A stretch of 64,000 nucleotides of DNA from the human T2T-CHM13v2.0 reference genome, Homo sapiens: the NCBI RefSeq assembly GCF_009914755.1, contig NC_060947.1; one strand, given 5' to 3'. This document shows positions 1-20,137 of the stretch, piece after piece (position 1 is the stretch's first letter; every line of letters starts with the position of its first letter). The position numbers were made by a program, and so were the translations under genes. The notes beneath the pieces were generated by a model. That model had not been told where the DNA came from. It was given only the letters and a program-made list of their open reading frames with translations, and made no database searches.

Positions 1-3000
1 AAAGCTAAAATGGGTTGATTTTCTTGTACAGGTGCATTTAGGGTGGCCCTTTTTGCTATATTATGTGCTCATTGGTTTCCCTTGCTTTCTGGAGTGTCTG
101 GCTTTGAATAGGCTGGAATATTGATAATGGTTAACGACCTTGGCAATATTTTTACTTCTAATAACCTAAGACAAGCTACCCATTTTTTTATGGACTGACC
201 GGAAGAGGTTAAATATCCTGTTTCTATAGCATCCTAAAGACATGAGATACTACAAAAGCGTATCTTCTATCTGTATAAATATTAGTACTTATTATTTTGC
301 CAATTGAAAGGCTTTAATTCATGCAATTAACTCTGCTTACTGAGCTGAGGTTGCTGCTGAAAAAATCAGCACTTTCCATCTCTTCAGTCAAAGATGCTAT
401 AGCACAATCTGCATGATAAATTCCAGATTCATTCTTTAAGTAAGATCCATCTGTAAAGTATATAACATCAGTATTAGTAAGGGAGGTTTCTTGCAGGTCT
501 ATTCTAGGACAGAGAAGCTGGTTAGTTAAGATTATGCAATCATGTATCATTTTATCTGAAGGCAGAGGAAGAAGTATAGCAGGATATAGATTATTACATA
601 TGGAGATGGTAATATGGGGAGCAAAGAGAAGAACTTCATAAGAAGCCAATCTACTAACTGAATAATATTGAGTGTGGTGCGAGTTTAGAAGTGCTTCTAG
701 ATTTATTGTAAAAGTTACAACTTTTATTAACATGGTGGTAGCAATTTTTGCTCTCACACAAAGCGGCAATCCTTTAGCAACAGGGTCCAGTCATTGACTA
801 TAGTATCCTACAGGTCTATTTGATCTCCATGTTTTTAAGTCAGAATGCCAAAAGTGTTTCCCCGATTTTCATAAACAAGATGAAAGATTATAATTTGGAT
901 GTCCTAACACTGAGGCATCTTTAAGACTCTTTTTAATTGTTTCTAATGTCAACTGATTTTTCCTTGTCCATTCCAGAATGTCTCACTTATTTTGTTTTCA
1001 AAGATTATATAAAAGTTGAATTTTTAAAGAGAAGTTCGGAATCCAATTTCTACAGTATCCTGCTAACCTTAAAAACCCTCTCAGTTATTTCTTAGCTTTA
1101 GGAGTAGGGAAGGACAATATTCCTTTTATTTTACCCAGGTTGATAAAAAGGTCCTTCTTTGATCTCAGGTGACCTAAATATCTTATTTATTTCTGGCGGA
1201 ACTAAAGTCTTTCTTTTGAGACCTTGTTTCCATTTGAACCTAATTGTTGCAATAAATAAATTCCAGCATCTATACAGGTTTGCTTATCCTCTGAGCAAAG
1301 AAGTAAGTTATCTACATGCTGTATCGGGGCGGATTTCTTAAGGAACTTGATATCTGAAAGGTCTGAATTTAGTATTTGTTAAAAATAATTTAGGCTCTCA
1401 GTATACTGTCCACATATTATCTGTCTTCCCAAATGAAGATGAAGAGAAATTGACTATATTTACCCACAAGAAAGCTAAAGAATGCACTATGTAGGTCTAT
1501 TACAGTAATAATTCACTTTCAGTTGAGATGGCAGTCAACAACATATGGGGGTTTGGTCACTGGATGTTGAGGAATGACTATGTTATTCATTGCTCTCAGA
1601 TCCTGTACCAAGCTCCATCTTTTGGGTTTGGTTTTCTCATGAAGAGAACTGGAATGTTACATGGGCTTGTACAGGAATAATGAAGCCTCTTTTACATAAT
1701 TCAAAACTATAGGTCATATACTTCTCAAGGCCTCTGATATTATTTAAATTTTAGAAAAGCTTTCGATTGATATATTTGAATTTTCATTGGAACAAATGAG
1801 ATAATTTTCTGAAAATTATCTCAAATTTATTGAGATATTTTAATTAGTAGTTAAATTATTATTTTGAGATATTTTCTCCAAAATTATTGTTAGTGGAGGA
1901 TTTTGACCACAATTGATCAGGTACTATATTTAATAGCTCTTGTAATTATTCATTATTTAACAATTTAGTTTCCTGCATGACAATATGAATTGCAATATGT
2001 GAATTAAAAGAATCAGATTTTGAAAAATTTTTGAACTCAATTTTATTTTAATTCTAAGTACAATTCCCCTTTCCAAAGAAAGAGATAGAAGTATTGTATG
2101 ATTCTAAAAAATCTCCCTTATCAAATGGATGGAGGCTGAGGAACTCGACGAAAATATGTGATCCATGTGGGGGATCTAACTGAAAAACAATAGACTGAGA
2201 TTTATACACTGATATAAGGGTATGTGTTTCACTCATCATTTGTATATTTTTTTGACTCAAAAGAGTAGGACCTTGTAATAAGGTGAAATTTCTCACTGAT
2301 AATGCAGCTGTAGTATGTATAAGAACTTGTATTAGTTCTCCATTTAACTTCAATTTCCCTTAGGGCATTAGTGAGAAGGAAAAAAAATGTCCCTTTGATT
2401 TTTTTGCAGCACCCCTATTTTTCTTTTTCTCTGACCTGCTGCTATTCTACCCATTTTAATTTTCTAAAATCTTTTAAAAATGTCCAAGATTTTTGCAGTA
2501 ATTGCAAAGTGGAGAATTGGGCCTGTTTTCAAACTTATTAGGTTATCTAGGAATTACAAATTGTGTGGACAATCATTATTAGTTGTAAACTCATAATCTC
2601 AATTTTCCTTTCCTTTACCTCCTTGCTTAGGGTACAAGACATTTGATTACCAAAATTAATTAGATCATAAGTTTGAGAGGTAGCCCAACTGGGGTGTTGT
2701 TTCTTTATAATAATTGCCAATTCTTCATGTAAGGCATTTATATAGTTTGAGTTATAATGTCATGTTGCTGATTGGCACAACTGTCTGCTGACAGGCCTGA
2801 ATATCATTTAAACATTTTTAAAAATCTTTCATAGTATGACAATATAGGCTCAGCAAGATTTTGTTAGCATTGTTATACCTTATTTCAATAAACTACTCTT
2901 TAGAAAACAAAGAGGATAGCATTTTGTACATCTTTGGCAATATCACGGGTTCCTTCATGATCTGCTTCAGAAAATTTATGGAAGTCTTCGAAAGGATTCA

Positions 3001-3325
3001 ACCAGTTTGCCTTTGCTATACAATCTTTGGCTTTCTAACACTAACTTGTGAACCAATTGATATAAAGCAGAGCATCTAGGGTCACAAGATAAAATGTTTA
3101 ATTTGAGTTCTTTAGCAAATCCATTAGGGCTCTGGAGAGGATCCGATAATTCTTTAATTATGCTGTTAAGTTCTTCTTTTGACCACATTAATAAGCCAAG
3201 GCAGGTCTCCTCCACTGGACACAGGGTTTTCCCAAAATGGAGCCATTATGCCAGAGAAGGAAGAGAAGGAAGAGGAAACATGTTTGGACAAGGAAGTTTT
3301 GAGAAGAGAGCTGAAAAGGGGTGGG
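1..3325 (-). mobile_element. ERV1 (gammaretrovirus-like) internal region, decayed gag-pro-pol
   Basis: Minus-strand motifs in retroviral order. Capsid-like WSKEELNSIIKELSDPLQSPNGF (~3.2 kb); zinc knuckle CNYCKNLGHF (~2.5 kb); protease-like LIHTTAALSV (2054-2353); RT motifs SPCNIPV, WSLVQDLRA, TVIDLHSAF, QHVDNLLLC (1290-1670); RNase H YFTDGS and KGNQ*AHNIAK (770 to 1). Many stops and frameshifts. Confidence 0.9.
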
Positions 3326-3326
3326 A

Positions 3327-10041
<6,715 letters not shown>

Positions 10042-10044
10042 CAG

Positions 10045-13000
10045 TTTACTTTGCTGAGGATTTTTGAATCAATATTCACCAGAGATACTAGCCTGTAGTT
10101 TTCTTTTTTGATGTATCTTTCTCTGGTTTTGCTATCAGGGTAATACCAGCCTCATAGAATGAATATGGAGGTATTCTTTCCTCCTCTATTTTTTTGAATA
10201 GTTTAGTAGGATTGGTATCGTTTCTTATTTAAATGTTTTGTAGAATTCAGCAATGAAGTCAGCCAGTCTCTGGGTCTTCTTTACTGGGAAAATTTTTATT
10301 AAGGTTCTGATCTCATTTGTTATTAGTCTGTTTAGATTTTAGATTTTGTCCTAGTTCAATCTGGGTAGGTTGTATGTGTCTAGGAATTTGTCCATTTCTT
10401 CTAGATCACTCATTTTGCTAGAGTATAGTTGCTCATAGTAGCCACTAATGATCCTTTGATTTTCTGCAGTATCTGTTTTAATGTCTCCTTTTTCATTTCT
10501 CAAATTGTTTACTTGTATATTCTTTCTTCTCAGTGAGTCTGGCTAAAGGTTTGTCAATTGGGTTTAACTTTTCAAAATAATTTTGTTTCACTGACATTTG
10601 TATTGTTTTCTCCATTTCCATTTTATTTATTTCTGTCCTGATCTTTAATATTTCACTTCTATTCATTTGGGCTTTGGTTTGATCTTGCTTTTCTAGTTAA
10701 GATGCATCATTAGATTCTTTATTTGAAGTTTTTCCTCTTTTTTGATGTAGGCACTTGTAACTATAAACTTCCCTCTTAGTACTGCTTTTGCTATATCCCA
10801 TAGGTTTTGATAGTTGTGTTTCCATTGTTATTTGTTTCAAGAAATTTTTCAATTTCCTTCTTAATTTCTTCATTGACCCACTCATCATTCAAAAGCATAA
10901 TGTTTAATTTCCATATATTTGTGTAGTTTCCAAAATTCCTTCTGTTATTAATTTCCAGTTTTATTCCATTGTGGTGAGAGGCAATGCTTGATGTTATTTC
11001 AATTTTTTGAATGTTTTAAACTTGTTTTGTTACCTAACATGTGGTCTATTCTTCAGAATGATCCATGTGCTGAGGGGAATAATGTGTATTCTGCAGTCTT
11101 TGATTAAATATTCTGTAAATATCTATTGCATTCCTTTGGTCAATGATTAAGGTCTATCAGACTTAATCTGATGACTGTTAATTTTCTATGTGAAAGATCT
11201 ATACAATGCTGAAAGGGGGTGTTGAATTCTCCAGCTATTATCTTATTGGGGTCTATCTCTTTCCTTAGCTATAATAATATTTGCCTTATATATCTGAGTG
11301 TTCCAATGTTGGGTGTCTATATATTTAAAATTGTTATATCCTCTGGCTGAATTAACTCCTTTATCAGTATATAGTGACCTTCTTTGTCGCTTCTTATAGT
11401 TTATGTCTTAAAATCTATCTTTTCTGATGTAAGTATGGCTACTCCTGCTCTTTTATGATTTCGATTCGCATGGAATATCTTTTTTCCATCCCTTTATTTT
11501 CAATCTATGTGTGTTTTTAATAGGTGATGTGTTTTTCTTGCCGGTAACTAATCAACAGGTCTTATTTTTTTAATCCATTCAGCCACTCCATGTCTTTTGT
11601 TTGGAGAGTTTAGTCCATTTACATTCAGTGGTTTTATTGATAGATAAGGATTTACCCTTCAGATTTTATTTCCTTTCTGGTTGTTTTTTGGTCTTCTCCT
11701 CATTTTTTCTTCCTTCCTGTCTTCCTTTAGTGAAGATGGTTTTCTCTGGTGATATGACTTAGTTTCTTGTTTTTTTAATTTTTTTGTGTGTGTGTATCCA
11801 ATGTATGCATTTGGTTAAACATTACCATGAGGCTTGCAAATACTCTCTCATAATCCATTATCTTAAACTTATGACAACTTAACGGTTTGCATAAACACAT
11901 AAACAAGCAAAGAGAAAAATAAACACTCTATGTCTGAACTTTGTCCCCCTGCTTTTTAACTTTTTGTTGTTTCTATTTATGTCTTACTGTACTGTCCATG
12001 TCTTAAAAAGTTGTTGTATTATTATTTTTCATTGCTTCATCATTTATTCTTTCTACTTAGGACAAGAGTAGTTTACACATCACAATTCCAGTGTTATAGC
12101 ATTCTGGCTTTTTCTGAGTACTTACTATTACTACTGAGTTTTGTAACTTCAGATGATTTTTAATTGATCATTAACATGCTTTACTTTCTGATTGAAGTAC
12201 TCCTTTTTTGCATTTCTTGTAGGACAGATCTGGTATTGATAAAATCCCTCAGCTTTTGTTTGTCTGATAAAGTCTTTATTTCTCCTTTACATTTGAAGGA
12301 CATTTTTACCAGATATACTATTTTAGGGTAAAAGCCTTTTCCTTCAGTACTTTAAATATGTCACACCATTCCCTCCTGGCCTGTAAGGTTTCCACTGAAA
12401 AATGTGTTGCCAGACATATTGGAGTTCCATTGTATTTTTTTTTCCTTTTATCTTGCTGCTTTTAGGATCTTTTCTTTATCCTTGACCTCTGGGAGTTTGA
12501 TTGTTAAATGCACTGAGGTAGTCTTCTTTGGATTAAATCTGCTGGGTATTTTATAATCTTCTTCCTCTTGGACATTGATCTCTTCCACTAGATCTGGGAA
12601 TTTATCTGTTATTATCTTTTTCAATAAACTTTCTACCCTTATCTCTTTCTCTACCTCATCCTTAAGGCAAATAACTCTTAGATTTGCCCTTCTGAGGCTA
12701 TTTTCTAGATCTAGTAGGCATGTTTCATTGTTTTCTTTTTCCTTTTTCTTTTGTCTCCTCTGAATGTGTATTTTCAAATAGCCTGTCTTCAAGCTCACGA
12801 ATTCCTCCTTCTGCTTGACCAATTCTGGTACTAAAACACTGATGCATTCCTCAGTATGCCAAATGCAATTTTTGGCTCCAGAATTTCTGCTTGATTCTTT
12901 TTAATTATTTCAATATCTTTGTTAAGTTTATCTGATATTATTCTGAATCCCTTCTGTGTTATCTTGAATTACTTTGAGTCTTCTCAAAGCTGCTATTTGA

Positions 13001-15135
13001 ATTCTCTGTCTAAAAGGTCACATATCTCTGTTTCTCTAGGATTGGTCTCTGGTGCCTTATTTAGTTCATTTGGTGAGGTTATGTTTTTCTGGATTGTCTT
13101 AATACTTTTTTAGACGTTCTTTTTTGTCTGGGCATTGGACAGTTACATATATATTGTAGTCTTCACTGTGTGGGGTTGTTTGCACTCGTCCTTCTTAGGA
13201 AGGCTTTGTGGTTATTCGAAAGGACTTGGGTGTTTTAATCTAAGCTGTATCTGTTTTAGGGGGCACTTCAAGCCCAGGAACACTTTAGTTCTTGCAGATT
13301 CATAAAGGTACTGCCTTCATGGCCTTGGAAAAGATCCAGAAGAATTCTCTAGATTACCAGGCAGGGATTCTTGTTCTCTTCCTTTACTTTCTCTGAAACA
13401 AATGGAGTCTCTCTATCTCTGTGCTGAGGCTCCTAAAGCTGGGGGTGATGTGACCGAAGCACCCCTTTGGCCACCACCACTATGACGGTGCTGAGTCAGA
13501 CCTGAAGCCAGGACAGCACTGGGTCTCACCCAAGGCCTGCTGTAGCCACACTCTGGTTACTGCCTGTTTTGTTTGCTCAAGGTTCTGGGGCTCTACAATC
13601 AGCAAGTGACAAAGCCATCCAGGCTTGTGTCCTTCCTTTTTGGGGCAGCAAGTTCCCCCATGCCCTAGGCGAGCCCAGAGGTGCTGTTCAGGAGACAGGA
13701 ACTAGATTCAAAACCTTAGAAGTCTACCTGGTATTCAATTGTACTGGGGCTGAACTGGCACTCAAACTACAAGATGCAGTTCTTCTTTCCAAAGGCAGAG
13801 GAGCCCCACCCTGTAGCCAGTACTTCACAGACCCAGGAGGATTACTGCCAGATGACCTTCAATATTCCCTTAAGGCCCAAAGGCTCTATAGTCAGTTTGT
13901 GATGAATGCTGCCTGTCCTGGGACTCACCCTTCAGGGCGGTGCACTCCCCTCTGGCCCAGGGCAGGTCCAGAAATGTCATCCAGAAGCCATGTTCTGGAA
14001 TCGGAGACCCCAAGAGCCTGCTTGGTGCACTACCCCTCTGTGGCACAGCTGGTACCTAAGGTACAAGACAAAGTTCCCTTTACTTTTCCCTCTGCTTTTC
14101 TCAAGCTGAAGAAGTCTTGCCCTTAGCTACCACAAGTGGGGATATGCTGAGTTTCACCTCAAGTTGGCAAATCTCAGAGTCTCAACCAAGGCCCTCGACA
14201 CAGTACCTGGGTATCACTGCTGATTATTCAGGGCCCAAGGGTTCTTCAGTTAGCAGGTGATGAATCCTGCCAGGACTGGGTCTTTCCCTTTAAGGTAGTA
14301 GGTTCCCTTCTGTCCAAGGGTATGTCTAGAATTGTCATCTAGGAGCTAGGGCCTAGCACGGGGGCTTCATGACTCTGATTGGTGTCGTATCTTGTTGTGG
14401 CTGAGCTGGTATCCAACATGCAAGAGAATGTCCTCCCCAGTCTTCCCTCTTCTCTACTCAAGCAGAAGGAAGGGGTTTGAGGAGACAGTTTTTGGAGCTG
14501 TGAGCTGTGCAGTCTGGGGTTAGAGGAGGGGAGATGCCAGTATCCCCTTGGTTGCCCCAGCGGGTGTCTCAGTATATCATGTGTCCCAACCCAGTCCACT
14601 GTCTGTAGGCCTAAATCAGCACTAGGACTCACTTAAGAATGGCAGTGCTTATGGCCTAGACTGCCTTTCAAGTTTTCTTAGAGGCCCAGAGCACTATAGC
14701 CCATGGAGTCCAGGTTTGTGGTAACTCAATTTTGGATGGCTAGGGCTGGTTTAAATGCGTCCTGCATTGGTGGGTGTTAGCTGAGTTTGGTCCAGTTTTC
14801 CTTTCTGCCCTAACAGGAAATCACTAAGTTCAATGCTTCACAATTGTGGTGTTCTCCCTCCCCCAGCACCCAGGTTTGCTCTCTACACCATGCTGCCGCT
14901 GCTAGGAAGGGAGCAGTCTCAGGGGAAGGAGGTGGCTTTAGGGATTCAGGACTATTTTTTCTATCTCTTTAGTGCCTCTTTCAGTGATATAAATTTAAAA
15001 CCAGGTACTATGAGGGCTCACCTGAGTTTTGGTTCTAATGAAGTTGTTTTGAGTGTGTAGATAGTCATTAAATTGGTGTGCTTGTGGGGAAGAGGAATAA
15101 TTGAGCCTCCTATTTTGCCATCTTCTCTGCCTTTT
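10045..15135 (-). mobile_element. Older L1 (L1MA/L1M1-2 class): 5'UTR, ORF1 and 5' part of ORF2; 3' part missing
   Basis: ORF1-like 12448-12822 (LENSLRRANLRVI...KDKEKILKAAR), endonuclease-region homology 10045-11650, 5' end cctattttgccatcttctctgcc near 15110-15130. Confidence 0.88.
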
Positions 15136-15455
15136 TCTGGTAGAATTTGAATAAAGTCTGTTGACATGATCCAGTGAAACATGCTAGGAGCCATTGTGTA
15201 CTACAGTCAGAGTTCAAATTATGGGGTAACAAAATAAAAGCTTCTGAAATTCATATATAAGTGTCAAATTAAGCAGAATCTAATCTAGTTCCTTTCTTCT
15301 TTTATGTTTTACAATCTTCTAGTTTACCACAGTATAATAGGTGTCAAGTTGAAACAACTATGATTCTGGTTAGCCTGGACTGGAAAGTAACCCCAATATT
15401 ACAGCCTCACACATCAGCAGCATAAGGTTGAATGGGAGAATTCAAACAAGCTTTA

Positions 15456-16367
<912 letters not shown>

Positions 16368-17019
16368 GACTTCATGAACTTCTCATCCAAGTGTTTTCAG
16401 TGCAAATATTCAAAAATAATTGCATGTTGTTAAGACAGAAAGCTACATTTCCTGTGAGTCTTCTATTTTGATTATTGTGTATTCCTTTTTGAAAACTGAC
16501 TAAATATATTAAGCATAAAAAGGAAGATGAAGAATAATCAGAAATACCTTTATAAAATATGGTAAAATAAAGCCTATTATAGGAAATAAATGTGGACTTA
16601 TTGAAAAGATAAGGCCACGTTTGCCTATACCAAACAAAAGTCAATTTTGAGAAAAAGAAAAGGAAAACCTTGATTCAACAAAATACAGGACATAAATCTG
16701 TAAAAGCCAAATAAGATACACAATGAAAAGATCCTTGTTCAGCTAGCCAACAAGAAAACAGAAACAATAACATCAATAGATAATGACATACACTTTTGTA
16801 CATTCGTCCCTACAAACATGCAGTGCAGTTCCACAGCAGAGTCTATCCAGCCTCTCCACATTCTGGTGATGAACTTTGCTCTGAATATTACAACTACACC
16901 ACTCATTGGCCTATCTCACACTTTGGTTTCTGCTAAATATAATTTGAAAATACATCTAATCCTAAATAATTAAGGCAATGATGATCACTGTCCTCTCAAA
17001 TAATACAACTGCATTTTCA

Positions 17020-18020
17020 ATGAGCCATAATGCCTACTGAAATAAAATCTAAATTCCTTAGCATAAAATTCAAAGCTATGGAGCCCCACGTGTGCTGTTC
17101 CTAACCAACTGCTCCAGTTTCATCTTCTAAATACTCCTTGTTTTATCTTAATTTAAGGTGTACTTCTTGCTGCTCCTCAAGCAGACCTCTCCTGTTCCTA
17201 CCTCCAGGATTTTGTTCATTATAATCTCACCTTTTACAATGACTCCTCCTCCAGCTACCTATTAAGATTGTATTCATCTTTCACAGTATGGCTCAAATGC
17301 TATCCCTTCCATAAAGAATTCCCTAATCATTCTAGCTTGAAGAGCTCTTGACCATCTGTGAATTCAGCATTTTGAAAATATCATTCATATATAAAATTCA
17401 TGTACATCCTCATTGTCTTGGGTCAGTGATGCTATTACCTGTTTTATTTATTAATAGTCCTCCTTTCACTCTCAAAAGCATTCCAGTTTAGACAGTATCA
17501 TACAGTTTAGACAGTATATGACTATCATACTTACATTACTGTGGCATTCACCATATTCTGTTTTATTTGTAGATTTATGTGTATATATTTTATTCCCCAT
17601 ACTATGTTGTAACCCTCTTCGAGAAGACAAACCATATCTTTTATATATATGCACGTGTGTATGTGTATATATATGCACACATAAAATGCAAACATATATG
17701 TAGGTGCATGTGTATATATACATATATGTATGTGTGTATATATACATATGTGTATGTGTATGTGTGTATATATGTATACACATACACATATGTGTATGTA
17801 TACATACACATATATGTATATATACACATATATGTGTATATATACATACACATATGTGTATATATGTATATAATACACATATATGTGTATATATGTATAT
17901 AATACACATATATGTGTATATATGTATATAATACACATATGTGTATATTTGTATATAATACACATACGTAGAAAAAGTGTCTTTCATATGGTTCAATATG
18001 TGTTTATTAAGTTGATAAAC
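17020..18020 (+). mobile_element. L2 fragments (3' region), split by a microsatellite
   Basis: L2-like motifs aaaatctaaattccttagcat and ctcaaatgctatcccttcc, plus the 3' tail ...caatatgtgtttattaagttgataaa. Confidence 0.6.
17641..17968. repeat. (TA/TG/CA) microsatellite with ~30 bp higher-order unit
   Basis: Repeated tacacatatatgtgtatatatgtatataa. Confidence 0.93.
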
Positions 18021-18865
18021 AGTAGAGAATCTGATGTTTATTAATAGAGTTCTAAGTCTTAAAATACTGAAAGCTTTTTCTTTTGAAGGCCAATGATTAC
18101 TCATTATTAAACTAATGCTGATCCTAGATGTCCTTCAGAATCTTAATTATGACCAATTACAGATCCAACATAACTTGTCCACTGCTTGAAGGTTGGATTA
18201 GGATGTTAATTGGGTCCCTTTGAGTTCTCATACTTGTTGATCATGAGAAACAGATCTGAGAGTGATACACTTTCTTCTTCAAGCTCTAATTTGACTCTGT
18301 ACCTTTAGCTGACTCAGATGATGAACCTGAAATAACCCCATGTATTTCTTCCAGAAACAAAATTATACCAGGAGAAAGTCCAGGAGCAGAACCCCTCTGC
18401 CCAATACATGATACGTTTAGGAAGCAATCAAATGGCTTTCATAAGATAGGTAAACTTAATATCTAGCTTTTCATTTTCTCCCAAATCATATTTAATTTTC
18501 CCTACTTCCCAAAAAAGTGAGGGAAGGTTAACAAAGTTTGCTATGTTAAAATAAATTAACCAACATAAAAGCCTGTAAGCTTAGAGAAAATGCATCCAGA
18601 CAAGTGCTACTGTTGGTTTTCAGTTTTGGAAAAGCAAATATTAACCCAAATTCCACCACTAGTTATCAAAGGAACCTAATTACCCAGGAAGTGCTCAACA
18701 GACCCAATTCTTGACTTGAAGCTTGTCAATAAATAATCCAAATAAATGTTTAGGTCTCTGCTGCCCTGGTTTTCAAATTTATGATGAGAAAGCCATAAGG
18801 AAAAAAAAAGCAAAGTCCGTTAAAGTAATTTACCAAAACAAGTTTGGTTTCTTTTCAGCCCACTT

Positions 18866-19235
18866 TTCTTTTTATGTGGGCTGAACATAGCAATTGCACA
18901 TATTTATGGGGTACAGCAACACGGATGAGCCTGGAGGTCATTATGTTAAGTGAAATAAGCCAGACACAGAAAGACAAATACTACACGATTTTACTCATAT
19001 GTGGAATCTAAAAACGTTGGCCTTATAGAAATACAGAGAAGAATAGCAATTACCATGGGCTGGGGAGGGTAATGGGGAAGGGAGATGAGGAGAGGTTGAT
19101 CAATGGGTACAAAGTTACAGTTAGATATGAGAAATAAGTTTGAGTGTTCCATTGCACAGTAGGGTGACTCTAGTTAACAATAATATATTGTATATTTCAA
19201 AATAGCTAGAAGAGCAAATTTGGAATGTTCTTACC
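18866..19235. mobile_element. Short L1MA 3' fragment with internal inversion
   Basis: 18866-18915 is the reverse complement of an L1MA terminus (aattgcacatatttatggggtaca). 18917-19232 is sense L1MA 3' sequence. Confidence 0.75.
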
Positions 19236-20137
19236 CTTTTCCTTTTAATATAGTAATCTCCACAGCAAGTACAGATCACAAAGTTCTACTTTTTTCCTGC
19301 CCTCATCCATTATTTCACTTTTCATGAATTCAGTGAGGCAGTGTTTGGTAATAGTGTCAAATTAGTAGAAAATGTGAGGTCTAGCAATTTGACAATGATA
19401 TAACTGTCACAATGGGTCTACTTTCAGCATGTGCCATGCATAATTAGAATCAAATATATACCTCTTACCATTTCTCTTAGGTTCACCCAACTCTGAAAGC
19501 TCTCAGGTCATTAAGGCATATCAATTAGTAATGATTTTTTCTACCCCACCCCACCCCTGCAGCCAGGAAAGCATACATTAAAGGGGATATCTGCAGTCAA
19601 AATTTTAATGTGCACAATTTGAAAATATCTACTTTGACACACAGAACAGTATCATCTGAGAAACTCATTTGCTTAAAGCTTTATATTGCAGCCATTAAAA
19701 AATATGTTATCTCCTTGGATGAATGTCCTAAGAATATTTCCATACCTATTAAGTAGTATTAATTGTATAAAGGTTTGGAAAACATACGAATCATTAAAAG
19801 TATAAATGAGATGTGCAATAGCCTGGAAGAGCTAATGTTATCACTTTTGTGGCCAGTTTAACATCTTCTTAGTACGATCATTTTTAAATAAGTCATCATG
19901 ACCCAGGGAAAATTACTTCTTTTGGCAGCAGAAAAGTGGGGATAGAGGAGATAAAAAGGGGATATCACAGGCTCAGCATATTTTAAATATTCACATTAGG
20001 TATCAGTCATGTTTTCATGAACTTGGCTAAATATATCCTAATAGACACTGTTTGTAGAAGTAATCTTTTATGGATTTTATTACCTGATAATCCTGCTGTT
20101 TCCTGGTTAGATGGCAGCATGAAAAATGTGTTGTTCT

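Noticed and set aside
13569-14126. 185-aa plus-strand ORF
   Set aside because: Antisense reading of an old L1 5'UTR; no recognisable domain.
17472-18104. 210-aa Y/I/H/T-rich ORF and overlapping ORFs
   Set aside because: Translation of a microsatellite.
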